Position numbers and translations under genes: made by a program. Shown in pieces: positions 28,401 to 40,813 of a stretch of 64,000 bases of DNA. The notes beneath the pieces are model-generated. The model did no database searches and was not told the origin of the DNA. It saw only the letters and a program-made list of their open reading frames with translations. The stretch is taken from assembly GCA_964106915.2 (NCBI GenBank), contig OZ066916.1; one strand, given 5' to 3'. Within the stretch, counting starts at the first letter, position 1; each line of letters begins with the position of its first letter. This stretch comes from Podarcis gaigeae. Lineage: Eukaryota.

Positions 28401-31400
28401 ACCAGACCAGTTCTCAACTGAACTTGAGAGCTTTGGAGAACTTTGAGAGCCTTCCCCATCCTGGTTCTTTCCAAATGCTTTGAAATACAGTTTCCATCAC
28501 TGGCCATACTGACTGGGGCTGCTGCGATCTGGAGTCCAAATTATATTGAGGGCACCAAGTTAGAGAAGTCTACTGTAGCACAATACCTGAATGGTCTAGT
28601 TTAAACAGACAAATAAATATACACAACAAGTTTCAATGTGAATCATGTTCCTAAAAGAAAGAGGTAGAGAAACTGATATGGTGGATAACTTTTATTGGAC
28701 CCACTCATGATGGTGGGAGCATATGTGACCTTTAGAGGCCATCAAAATTCTTCATTATGTCTGACGCTTTCAACATATGCTGGTTGAACAAGAAATAACC
28801 CTATTAAGCTGCTTGAGAAAGTTGATAATTTACATGTTTGTGTTGACAGAGTCACTTCCAACTGAAGGTGAAATTTAATGGATAAGCTGTCATATCTTAT
28901 TCTTTAATTATGAATCATGACTGAAAAGCAAGTTACGTGGGCTGAGGTTTCTCCATGTTTTTCATGAGTAATTCTTTATCACACTGTTTAATCTATTTGA
29001 AACAAGCCACAAACATTTGCTGTCATCTCACATTTATAATCAGAGAAGGTACTTTTGGCCTGAACATTCTGTTTTGAAAGAGAGGCATATAAACTGAGTC
29101 ATACTAAATTAAAGGGCCAACAAATTAGAAGCTCTAAAAAAGAAAAATAAAACCTTCGAACAAAACACTGATGTGTATATTAAGCCCATTTTAATGTTGC
29201 CCACAACTGCAAATAATGTTTATATTTCCTGCAAAACTGCATCCACTGGCTACTGTACACATCTTTACTTCAACCATTCATTTACACAAGCTGATATATG
29301 ACCTACATAGCAGCATAAATAATAAGTTACAGGGTTTGAGTTTACAATTCTTTCTGTACTGAAATTCCCACTGAGATCACTGCATGATGCCACTCGTAAT
29401 GCCTCTCAGTATGAGACTGATCTGTAATTTCTGTGTCAACTAGAAGACAGATGGCTACAACAATGACTGGATTTGCTTTGGTCTAGGACTCATGTCTGAC
29501 AGCTATGACCAAGCTCTTTTCAAGTTTGGCCCCAGTTCTTGCAAAGACGTAGCATGCATGTGCCAATAATAGGAACAGCAGCCTTTTCTTTTGGTAGGGA
29601 TTCCCAGATATATACCTGGATGTATTCCTAGAACAGATAAATATACATATTTTTTCCCCCTATCACACATAGACTGAAATGAGAATTAGGGACATTTTTA
29701 CCTGCTGCGATCTGAAAATGGCAGCATCAATTTCTTCCACCTTCTGAGTTATAGTGTCGCTCACTAATCTGTACCGTTCGTTGTCTTCTGTGATCATTTT
29801 GTCTATCCCTTCCCTTGCTCTCCATGGCACCAGTTCAAGCAAAGCACTGCTGACTTCGTTAAGAGTGTCCAGTAAACTTTTATTATCTTTTGCTTCTTTT
29901 TGCAGTGCCTAAAAAGGAATATTTAAGGTAAACAAATTAAAAATAACACATTGGCGCAGAAACAAAATCTGCACAGCTCAAAGGTTCCACCCATGGGGCT
30001 TTTTTGGTTTTATCCTTCTCCCATCTTCAGTTTTTTTTTATTTAGTTTAAAAGTACATAGTTGAAATGCTACAGCTGCAAGCCAAAGCTATAAATATCAC
30101 TCTTTTCAACTTGGCTACCTTTGCTTTTGTTACAATCACGCTTGGGACCCCCTAACCTCTCACACTATCAATATAAATAAATAAACAAAGGACCTACCTA
30201 CATGATGCTGACACAAACCTCTAAACTAATAAAAGGTGATAGTGCAAAAGAACAATACCCCATCTCTCTCTCTCCACCTCCCTCCCCTACTCTGAAATGC
30301 ATTCTTGAAATATGATAATGCTTCTTGCTTAGCTGGTGAAGGGATGTGCATGAGGTGTAAATATATGCAAAAATGTCCCAACTTCTGTGTAGCTTTACAA
30401 AGGGAAGTGTCACACTTGTTACTCCACCCACTGGCATGTGGCCCCCGGAAGGCTGTCCACAAGCAAACACAGCATTTTACGCTCACCTTTTGTCTTTCTT
30501 GCGCTTGACTTAACTCTTCACCTTTGGGGACCTGCGCTTCATACGACTGTAATTCCACCTCAACTTTATCCAGCCAAGTGCAGAGTTTCTCATGAGCTGA
30601 CTGCAGCTGACCAGAAAGCTGTAGAGCCTGTTCTAAAGTCTTGGACACATCAGAACTCAGCTTAGTTATGTCCTTGTACCTTGTTTTAATGCCTTCCAAT
30701 TTATCTTGAATTATGACAACTTCATCACCTGCAATGTGAGAAGGGTATTTAACACACTAATCATCTAAAGCGACAAGGATGTTTTTAGTGTTTAAGTCCA
30801 CAGGTGAAAATAGAACAAATATTTCATCCTGATCAAGCTAGTTTTCCTTCTAAGCATGGAAGCTTCGCTGTGCACATGCAACTTTAGCCCACCCCACCCC
30901 ATCCCTGTCTTATTTTAGATTGGGCTCCACCAAAATAAATCTAGGTCAAGCCTCAGCCAATCAGGATTCTCTAGGTCAGGAATGAGGAAACTGTTGTTGG
31001 ACCACAACTCCCATCTTTGCATGATTATTGGCTGGCTCTGATGGGAGATGGAGTCCAACAGCATCTGGACTCCCTATCCCTGTTCTATGCACTGGGTCAC
31101 GCCAATTAAGTCATCAGTACAAGCTGGGAGCCCTAATGACTTCTGAGTAGGTGACAGGCAGTATGGTAGGCAGAGCTCAGTATTCATGGCTCAGGGTTTT
31201 GCCTGCTCTGAAGTTCAGAATCGGTCTCTCTGAATATGGGAATAACGTGCTAGCATTCCAAGCTAAGGAGCAGATGGATGGCCTTTCCTTCTAACACCGC
31301 ATGGCAACTTTATTTGACTATATCTTTAAAAAAACAACCAACTATGTCTTTTCTCCAATATACATGAAATATTGAGATTTTGTTGTATGTACAGTAATTA

Positions 31401-34400
31401 AATTTAATCCATTAAAATAAGGCAGGTAATGAATCAACTGACAGCGCTAATTACAATTAAGAACATTTTCCTCTTTGAGTGGCTATGTCCATGCAATTTC
31501 CGTTATACAGAGAGTAAAAGTCAGAATTGAAACTGCACTGTTCGTTATACTATATGTTTACCTTTCAGTGAACAATTCAGGTTCTAATTCTGTAATTCAT
31601 CTCCTTCTCTCCTCCCTCCCTTCTTCCCAGCCCCAAACTATGTATATCTTGGAGAGTTCATGGAGTTAGAGACTGGAAAATTTAGAAGATGTTGGTCTAC
31701 AAGCCAGACATGCTGTGTGCAATTGGAATGCAACTTTCCCACAGTACTAGGTCCACTGTGGGGGAAGCAGCCTCTCTCACAGCAATAGGTAGACTAATTA
31801 CTCAGTCCATTTTTAAAAAAAAACTCCTTTTTTTGCATTTACTACAACATTCTTCTATATAGCTCTTTAAGCAGTCTATTTACTCCTTCCTTACATCTAC
31901 TGGCTGAAATCCAAATGGACATGCATCATGATACCACACATTGCAAACTGCTTTAAAATGCTGAAGTGCTACTCAAAAATCATAAAATAAAGAACTATTC
32001 AAACTATAATCAAATTCTTCCAGAACCATGCATATTCAAGTTACAGGTGAGTGATCACACTCTTGTTTGCTCCAAAACGTGTCCAAACTTTTCAAGAGTT
32101 TCAACTGAATACTGTACTATAAAAAAGTCTCAAGCCGCTTTTAGTATTAAGCTCAAAAATTTACGAAGCTTCTTTGTCACCCTCCACTGTACTTCATTTA
32201 CAAATCCCTGAACCCTAAGACTCCCCAAAATTTGGGGGTCTTGTCCCTAGCAGAACAACATTTCGTGATGAGACCTTTAATGCGAATAAGAGAAATAATT
32301 TCCAGAGGCAAAGAAATGATCTATATGCTATTTCTATAAAGGATAAGGCCTTCCCTCTCCCTGACAGAAACAACACATGGAAAGTTAGTTTCCTGTCAGG
32401 CATTCTGGGATTTGTAGTTACTATTTTCAGCAGGAAAATATGCTCTGTCAAGGGCTGGTAGCATTTTTTCACTGTCTCTCCCTTTCCCAAAATGAAGTCT
32501 CTGTTCAATGGGACAACAACTCTTACCTTCGCTGTGGGATCACTAGCCATAGTCCTGAGCTCATTCAAAGAAACACTGGGTCAGTACCTGCAGTATTGCC
32601 CCGGGATTTTGAATACGCTCCACTCCAGAACAGTAGCAGCTAACCACTTGTACTGGCTCATAAGATCACCTTACCCTATGGCCTCTTGGCTGATCAAGGA
32701 AGCAATGGACTAAGAGAGGAGAATGGGAAGGAGCAGAGGCCAAGTCTATTGTTCCCCACAACAATATTAAAGCTGGATCCAGTGTGTGCTCAAAATTCAC
32801 AGAGGGCGAAATCGAGAAGGCTATTTTACCATATATTCCCCAGCAGTAGAGTGAAATTTTCCAACTGTTCAAACATCTGTTAAGAAATTCTCTTCTGAGA
32901 AAATTCCTATCAGCCCTAAATTTTCCCAATAGCTCTGCACAGTAGACCAGTAGAATATTACAGCAGGAAGGCTGAGGCTGAGTTAATGGTTTGCCTAATG
33001 TCACCTAGGAAGTTCATGGCTGTGGTTAAATTTGAACTGAGGACTCCCAGCTCATGCTCTCAATCACTATGCTACACCAACTCTTATTACTGCTTTCTTA
33101 CCTGGGAGTAAGCTCTGATGATCTCAGTCATGCTTACCTCTGAGTGGACAGGTATAGTATTGCACTGTGAAACTTTATTACACACTGCAACCATAATTTT
33201 AAACTTATCCCATTACTTATTAACAAAAAGGTTTTTTTTTAAAATGAGCTTTAAAAAGGTTCCAGTAGGAGTCAGTGAGCACCCAAAAGTTTCTACTTTA
33301 CTTGTCTTCGTTGTCATAAATCATTAATTTCCTCATGGCTTTCTCACCTGTTGTTTGTTTGAGAAGTTCCAAACCATTTTGTATAGCCTGATCAACATTT
33401 TGCTTTCTGAGCAAAATCTCTTCTTGGAGAGCCTAGAAAATTTTAGAATGCTTTTATCATCAGAGAAGTCATCATTTAAAATCTATAAAACTGTAAGTCT
33501 ATAAGCAGCCACTTATTCTCTCAGAGGGAGAATTGGAGCAGGGTGCGGGGAGGATAAAGGCTTAAAAATAAATGAATAGGATACAGAATTAAACGACTAT
33601 AACAATACAAAAAAATGAGAAGTAATATGAAATAGTGCTTAAAATGGTAAAATAAAATCAACAGAAAATAAATGGAAATACCAGCATTTCAGTTTGTTGT
33701 TTCACAAGCAAGTCAGTATTGTAGTCTTGGACTGCCAGTTTGCTCAGTTTCTCATGTACTTCATTCAGCCAATTCATCAATTCAACTTCATCCTCTCCAA
33801 AAATCTGAGCATTGCAATAGGCTTGCTGTAGAAGCTGAGCCCTACTGCCACTTTTCTCTCGAATCTCAATGTATTGGGCTTCTGAAGAATCTAGTTTCTC
33901 CTGTACCATTTCCTTGTCTTCCTTGGAGCTCAATGCCTTTAATGCCTGACCAATATAAATAGCTTGCTCCAAATTTTTGTTGCGAGTGGCGATGTCTTCC
34001 TCAAAGGCCTAAATGAAGTTTTCAAAGTAGTAAGAAAAAGAAAAGAAAAACAAGCAAACAAAAGAAACCATAAAACCAAATATGAAAACAACTCAAGAAC
34101 AACCAAAAGAATATAACTTTGATGGTAAAAGAAGAATATAAACAAAGTAATAAAAAAATGTGTTGGGGGGAATACTCCATTTTTGGTTTACAAATCATAA
34201 AATAATTGCCGCAATGAAAGGCACATTAAGATCTTACTTTATGTTGAGAAATCTGCTGTTGTAGTTTGGAAGCCTGTGTTCCAATGGGTTCTGAATTTGA
34301 AAGCCTCTTTTCAGTGATGGTTAGCCACTCAACCAGTGGTTCTAAAGTTTCATGGAATTGCTGTGCTACAACTGAGATACCTTCCAACTGACGATTCCTA

Positions 34401-37400
34401 CAATATGTGAAAACAAAGCACATTTTGTGGGATGAGGGATGTATGAAATGCTAAAAATTTAAAACCAGCGCTTGGAAAGAACTACTTTGGTTTAATTACG
34501 TTCAATGAATTACTTTGAAAATCTCTGAACTACACCTAAAAGTAGTTCCCATAATTGGAAGATTATGGGAGACATCCACTTTACTACAAGAACGGGTGAT
34601 TATGTGATACTGATTTCCCCATACTATTTCACTGAAATTTCTAAAAATAAAACTTATAATATACTCAGAGATATTTTCTCATTTAGCTTCAAATGTGAAT
34701 CTTACAGTTAACTGGATGAAAATGTTGCTATAGTTTCAAATTAGTTTCTAATGCTGTATCACGGAGTACACCCTACAGTACCCCTAAGTGAATGCAAACA
34801 TTTCAGGTACCTTGTTTCTGCTTTATCAAGCAGTGCATCCCATCTGCTATCCAGGAGGCTCAGCTGTTTCAAGATCTTCTCTTTATCAGCGGGCTCTGCT
34901 GACTCTGCAATTTTCTCCCCTTCACGCTTGATTAGTTCAACAGTGGGTCTGCGGTCATCCAGCAATCTCTGGAGAAGCTGGAGACAAAATAATCAAAAAT
35001 CAAATTGCCAGGAAATGACTGTTCACTACAAGGCTGTAAAAAGATTAAGAGGCAGATTCTTCAAGGTCTTGTTTACTGGCAAAAAAAGGCAGGCTTAAGG
35101 GAACAATTTTCTGAGATGGCAGGAAATTGTGAGGGTGCCAGCAGTCTTACAATGCAAGTGCCATAAATTGCATAAATAAGTAATTTCATTATGAGAGCGA
35201 GCAAACTGTGCCAATCTTAGCATCGGTTGTAAAGGTCTAGCATCTTTCATTCAGATTTCTTTTCAATGCTATCCTGGAAGCCTCTGGAAGGGCTACAGAT
35301 ATATATGCCTTATATGAGGTATGATGTTGACATGTGCAGGAAGAGGGGGGAATCACAGTGGGACATTTTATAACACATGACAGTGCTGGGAACTTTTGGG
35401 GAAGCTTTTCCATTTTGGAAAGAGAAAAGATGGGAAATTTTCCACTTCACATAAGAACCCTCCCCATCTTTTCAATACGCTGGTGATGTTTGCAACTATC
35501 CACTGCAATCCAGAGAAATATCTGTTTGTTTATATAGTGCTCACCTTTCGAAACACTTGTGGCCGCATTCAATAAGATGAACACAATTCAGGGCTTAATG
35601 ATGCGCCTAAGACCAAATTATTTTAACAGAGAATCAAACATGTTATAACATTCTCTGGATTCTGTCCCAAATTTTCAGTACAAACATATGATCATTTTGG
35701 AGATTATTATGTTGCGCGCAGCTGCAACTTTGGATACTCACTTTGGCCAGACAACCTGAGGACTTGATTCACTAAGCTTCATGCAGTGCTCTTCCCTGAG
35801 GGTTGCCTTCTATGTTTCAGCCAAAAATCCCCCCTTCTCTCTCCTACTGCCTTTTGTTAAGACTGCTCAGAGAGCACAACTTCTCTCTGATGCTGTGCAT
35901 GCTGCGACCTGCTCTTCCCTTGCTCATACGTTTATTTTGAACAGGAAAGTAATTATGGATCTGGTTACAGAGTTTGATGTGCTGTATTTACGCCACAACT
36001 GCCAATTCAATATTTAATATGAACCTTCTCTTCCCCCCCTTTTTAAGTGAGGGTCTAACAATCCATCAGCAACTGTGTTACAAACAATTGTTGAACAATC
36101 TGAAGCAGGGGTGTTTGACATTATTAACTGAAGATACAGGCACACCAAGATGTTACCCTAAATCAAAACAGATTCTACAAAACTCTAGAGACAGAAGTCA
36201 GGAAGTAAGGGGTGGAGCAGAAGCTGACACCAGGCACAGATTTCATCCCTTGCTAACCCATATGTATAGGCAACTCATGTAAGTGCACACTGAATGGCAT
36301 ATATGGGAAAAAGAGATTAGCTGAGAAGGGGTGGGGTGGAGGGTTGTCAAAATGATGAAGGAGGATTGAAGCCCTGACAAAATTTTGAACTTTATTTCAA
36401 CTTAAGGGAGTAGCTCTACAATGTTCTTCCCCCTGCCCCTTTTCACAATATCAGTGATGTCTTTTCAAACATCAGATTGCTTTTGATCCTTGAAATAATT
36501 GTTTTTGATGTGCATCCAGTGAAATGTACACGTGCATGAAATGATGCCAAGAACCAGCACAGATATTCCAGAGTTTTCCTTGCAATATATACAGAAAACT
36601 GGTCCAATGAAATGATTGTTTGTGCTATACATGGCCTCTGTCCCTCCCAGTCTGCACCAGCTCCCCGCATTTCCCAAAGAAGTGAAGAAAACCACATTTC
36701 CCCGGACAAAGGATGCAATCAATGCCTGGATGGGAGGCTGCCTGGGAACGCCATTGAGTTCCATGGTGAAAGAAGAGCGGGATATAAATTTACATACCAA
36801 CTATTTATTATATTTCTTGGTCACTTTTCTCATTGAATGAACCAAAGCAATTGAGGGCTCATCCCACACTTTCGCTTGCCTAGCCACTTTTCCCCAGGAA
36901 AACCCGCTGTCTACCACTGAATCTGAGCCATACAAGTAAAAGGCAGGACTAACAGATCCTGTCCCACTACTATGCTACAGTCTGGATGCCTCTGTTAAAA
37001 TGAGTGGAGAATTCCAAAATGAAAGTATCAAAGGGCAAATCTTTAAAGAGAATTTCAGAGATTGGGTTGAGAAAATTTGCCCTTCCCCTGAAAAAAGCCA
37101 AACACATCCCCCACAGAAGCATCCATGACAACCATCCTAAGTGATGGGATGACAGAGACTATGGAAAGGTATTTTTTTCAGGTTCTTTTGCAACTGCACC
37201 TCTTATAGCACACGTCTAATACACACTCAGCCACACTGTTATCCAGGCCGTCACATGTTATTACTGTTATTAATTACCCACTAATCATCCTAAGGCCCCG
37301 GGTGGGTTACAACATTAACACACAGCTTTAAAAACAGTTTAAAATACCCCACTGAGCAGGTGACAGAGAAAATATAATTAATCTAAAGATAGATAAATAA

Positions 37401-38628
37401 CTTCCACTCACTTTCTGTTCCTGTATTTGGGCCTTCACAACTTTGAACTCAGCAGATGGAGGCTTTTGATTAGCCACAAGGTCTTCTGTGTCAATAAGCC
37501 AGCTAAGGATAGATTCGACAGCATCTTGAAACCTCCCACAGTGGAGCAGTGCCTCTTGCAACTGGGCTGCTCTTTGAGCAACCTGACAAACAAAACAAAA
37601 CAAAACAAAACAAAACAAAACAAAACAAAACAAAACAAAACAAAACAAAACATTGTAAATATTATCCTCTTCCCACAATACCTCTTTCCATCTTTCAAGT
37701 CAATCAAACAACCCCTAGGGAAAATAAGAACAATTTAAGGCTAGCAACTCCTAAACTATGAAGCTCTTCACTGACTTGAGTGACATTCTGTGCACTTCGG
37801 CAAATAATTAAAATTGTCTTAATACAGGTATGAACAATACAACATTTTGTAGCAGTAGGTCATAGGTGAACAAAGTGTGAGGTAGACCTGCCTAGGGATA
37901 ATCCCCAGGGAAGCCTAAGTACTTCATGTGCCTTTTGAATGCATGCATCTTTATTTGGACTAATATAATATAATATAATATAATTTTTTATTTATACCCC
38001 GCCCATCTGGCTGGGTTTCCCCAGCCACTCTGGGCAGCTTCCAACGAAAGATTAAAAATACATTAAAACATCAGTTATTAAAAACTTCCCTAAACAGGGC
38101 TGAAGACAGTTGAGTAGGCATTTTGCTTCAATCAGCATGACACAGAAAGCACCATGAATTATGTTTTGCAATCCTCTATTTCCTTTAGGCTTTTGACTTT
38201 CTACAGGTTTCTTTCCATGGACATTAAAATGACAGGGTATCCATGTGACAAAGGGTAGTCTGCTTCTGTAGGAGCTCTACATAAGCACCAGAGCACACAT
38301 GGAGTTCTGGACTGGGGATTTTGTGCATTTTATTAGGCAGTCTACTACAATAATGTATAGTACTACTTTGTAGTGAAAATCAGAAATAAGAGCAAAACAA
38401 AAACAGCAAACTAAAAAGGTAAACAACAGTGCAAATACAACTAACAAACCTTTTTGTTGAGAGTTTTCCATCTTGTGTTAACATCCTCAAGATCACGCTC
38501 AAGGTTATCAGTACTAGCATTTTTAGCAGCACTCTGAATAAGGCCTTGACCCAACCAATTTACCTCCTGTTGCTTAACCTGCAGTGGTTCAATCTTTTCC
38601 TTCTCGAATACCTTCAGATCAAAAGGAA

Positions 38629-38659
<31 letters not shown>

Positions 38660-40742
38660 GAAGGAAGGAAGGAAGGAAGGAAGGAAGGAAGGAAGGCAAA
38701 GGCACATTTAGATTATTAAGTCTGGAACATGCTGAGCATAAGTAACGACCAGAGCAGATATCAGTAGTAAAATCACACAGCATGTCATGAACATAGTGTT
38801 GAAAGACAGTATTTAGCTACAGAGTGTACATGTCAAATTAAATTATATACACATTAACCCAAACAGGAGTTAAGAAACTGCTATTACATAAAAAATAAGC
38901 ACTGTATTTAAAAGGAAGAGACAAACATAGTGCCCCATACTGAATCTTCCTAATATAGATGCTCAAACAATATTTAAAGCAAAAGGTACACGTTGTGGAC
39001 ACCTATGTCAAACTAAAGAGGATGACATATTGTAGGTAGTAATTGTTCAGATATCTGTTCACAATAGCCCATTCTTCTTGGGGCTATGCAACTCTGTGCA
39101 AACAGTTATCCTTTGCGTATGGCCAGCAGACACAAGTAGCCCATAAAAACATAAGAGCCCTGATGGATCATGCCAAATGCCAATCTAGACCAACATCTTG
39201 TTCTCACAGTGGCCAACCAGATGCCTATGGGAAGCTTGAAAGCAGGACTTGAGTGCAAAAAGGACTTGTGACTCTGGTGTACAGAAGCATACTTCCTCCA
39301 ACAGAGAGCATAGCCATCATAGCTAGCAGCCTTTGACAGCTCTATCTTCGGTGAATTTGTCTAATTCTTTTTTGAAGCCAGTCACTGTAATGGTCACCAC
39401 TACTTCTTTGTCAAAGTTAAAACTATTCACTGGGAGGAGCTGGAGTTGGACAGTGTGGCCCCTACAGACCAAGTGAGCAATGAGATGCTGGGCACATGCA
39501 GGAAGGGACCTGCCCTAGTCCTAACTGAACAGTGGAGAAATGCAAGCGCTATCCAATGATTTGGGGACCACTATAGCATGGTGAGCCTGGACCTCAGGAA
39601 TGGCCTGGGAGAATGAGCTGATCATGTGACTAAGGAACTACACCAGCATTCACCTTCTAGATAAGACTAGTAATGATCATATTGTTTTAGAAGTTACTGA
39701 AAACAGTGGGGACCATGTCCCTTTATTTCCCAGATGGTCTTCACTGGCAAGAAATTCAGGGACGCTTCACACAATGATATCCTAATGCAGGTTAACTCAA
39801 CCCACCAACCTAAGTGATGTTCATTTGAGGACTTGCAATGGCTAGTGACAGAAAATATTCCACAGGCATCAAATGCTGTTGGTGATATTATGAACCCAGG
39901 CCATACAAACTGTGGTCTTAAAGCTTCTTACCTTTTTAGTAGTCCCTCCCCCCACAATCTTCTTTTTCTTTTTCTTCTTCTTCTTCTACTACTACAGACA
40001 CTGTCCCTTGGCAGCAATTTCACTATAGTCAGCAAAATATTGTGAAGACATTGTATTGCAATACTGTACTGAGCTTTATTATTATAGCTTTACTAGCAAA
40101 TATAGCTCACATCCTGAATATATATTTCAGCTGCCACTAGTAACATCATTCCCTGAATATAAGCAATGTTATGGGGACACTACAAGTGTACCTCAGTATG
40201 GCTAAAGTTATTTCTCAGAACCTATGAAGCTAGACTCTCAGGTAGCCCAGGACACCCAAATTCCTAGAACAGTCTGAAAATAAAGCATGTTTACAGTAGA
40301 TGTACTTTAATATCAGTCCTAAGTATTTTTTATGCTCACATAATTGAAAACAAAAATAATAAGAAACCTCCCCAAGATGGGATACATAAATTGTACACCA
40401 AAATGGTCAAGCACGATACTAGTAGGAAAGCAGAAACTTGCTATGTACATAGTATAAGAAACCCAGATTTTCTAGGATAGTCTGCAAACAGCACATTTTC
40501 ACACCTAAGTTTACGTCATAACAGCAGCCAGCACTTCAACACACAGCAAGCACATTTGACACACAGGACAGTGTGTGACCCATCTCTCCTCAAGGCCTTG
40601 AATCCACACAAATAACCGGGAGAATGGGGCTTTGCAGAGGCAGCGAGGAAGTTACGTCCGAACATGGACAGCTCACACACGTTTGAGACTACATGCAATA
40701 ATCCTCAGACACGGTGGTGTGTTACATAGTAGCAACCAGGAA

Positions 40743-40813
<71 letters not shown>

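Noticed and set aside
37587-40810. Tandem repeats as a CRISPR-like or coding repeat array
   Set aside because: These are simple 2-5-bp microsatellites without spacers, in a eukaryotic intron.
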